From positions 124,001 to 188,000 of the IMG/VR virus record IMGVR_UViG_3300023296_000874: 64,000 bases of DNA. The stretch is one strand, 5' to 3'. Below, in pieces: positions 63,781 through 64,000 of this stretch; the first letter of the stretch is position 1, and each line of letters opens with the position of its first letter. The position numbers were made by a program, and so were the translations under genes. The notes under the pieces were generated by a model. The model saw only the letters and a program-made list of their open reading frames with translations. It did no database searches and had not been told where the DNA came from.

Positions 63781-64000
63781 ATGGGCAGGAAGAAGAGGCG
63801 CGGACGTAGCAGCTACGTCGTCACGCGCACATCCAAGAAGAACGTCCCTGGATCGGGGACTCCGAAGCACCGCTTCGCTCAACACCTCGAAAGGGATGGG
63901 CAGAAGCAGCAGCTCAGCGGGAACCTCCGCGAGTGCGCCATCCCTTCCGGCGTCCCCGCCACCCACACCAGCTACCGAGGCGGCTGCAACTACAAGCTCA
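63781..64000 (+). CDS. Partial hypothetical basic protein (runs off window)
   Basis: MGRKKRRGRSSYVVTRT... is open to the end of the window. Confidence 0.5.
   Translation, partial: MGRKKRRGRSSYVVTRTSKKNVPGSGTPKHRFAQHLERDGQKQQLSGNLRECAIPSGVPATHTSYRGGCNYKL

Noticed and set aside
1-64000. tRNA genes, stop-codon reassignment, DGR template/variable repeats
   Set aside because: I found no cloverleaf or T-loop pattern by eye. Long genes read through in the standard code. No near-identical ~100-bp repeat pair or reverse transcriptase was seen. tRNAscan-SE and a self-dotplot would be decisive.

Overview
This window reads as a fragment of a large (jumbo-type) myovirus genome. The host is probably a diderm, high-GC bacterium; the OmpA domain, lipoboxes and MopE-type repeats hint at Myxococcota or Deltaproteobacteria (inference). 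Positions 1-46.4 kb are a minus-strand late virion module. It holds baseplate J-like, gp25-like wedge, a Hedgehog/M15-fold Zn peptidase, a very large baseplate protein, spike, hub, two paralogous tube initiators, tape measure, two chaperone-like genes, tube, a 1193-aa sheath, and terminator/neck genes. Embedded in it are an actin-superfamily ATPase, a miniature terminase-like ATPase, a metallophosphoesterase and a 2H-phosphoesterase/DUF4258-like/Nudix multidomain protein. A 15-bp motif, CATnnTCCnTTTGTA, precedes six minus-strand genes and is a candidate late promoter. Positions 46.6-64 kb are a plus-strand accessory region. It carries a complete NitT/TauT-type ABC importer whose binding protein is fused to OmpA, a heme-oxygenase-like diiron enzyme, pyrB, def, a MopE-repeat lipoprotein, a vWA protein and a nucleoside deoxyribosyltransferase-like protein. 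Two short peptide motifs recur across unrelated proteins: an [EQD]-I-x-[KR]-L-A / [KR]-x-A helix in late genes, and a C-terminal R-[ML]-[DG]-[IL]-L-[FM]-[DE] tail in plus-strand genes. I saw no tRNA, rRNA, CRISPR array or transposase. All family calls come from motif recognition by eye, with no database search.
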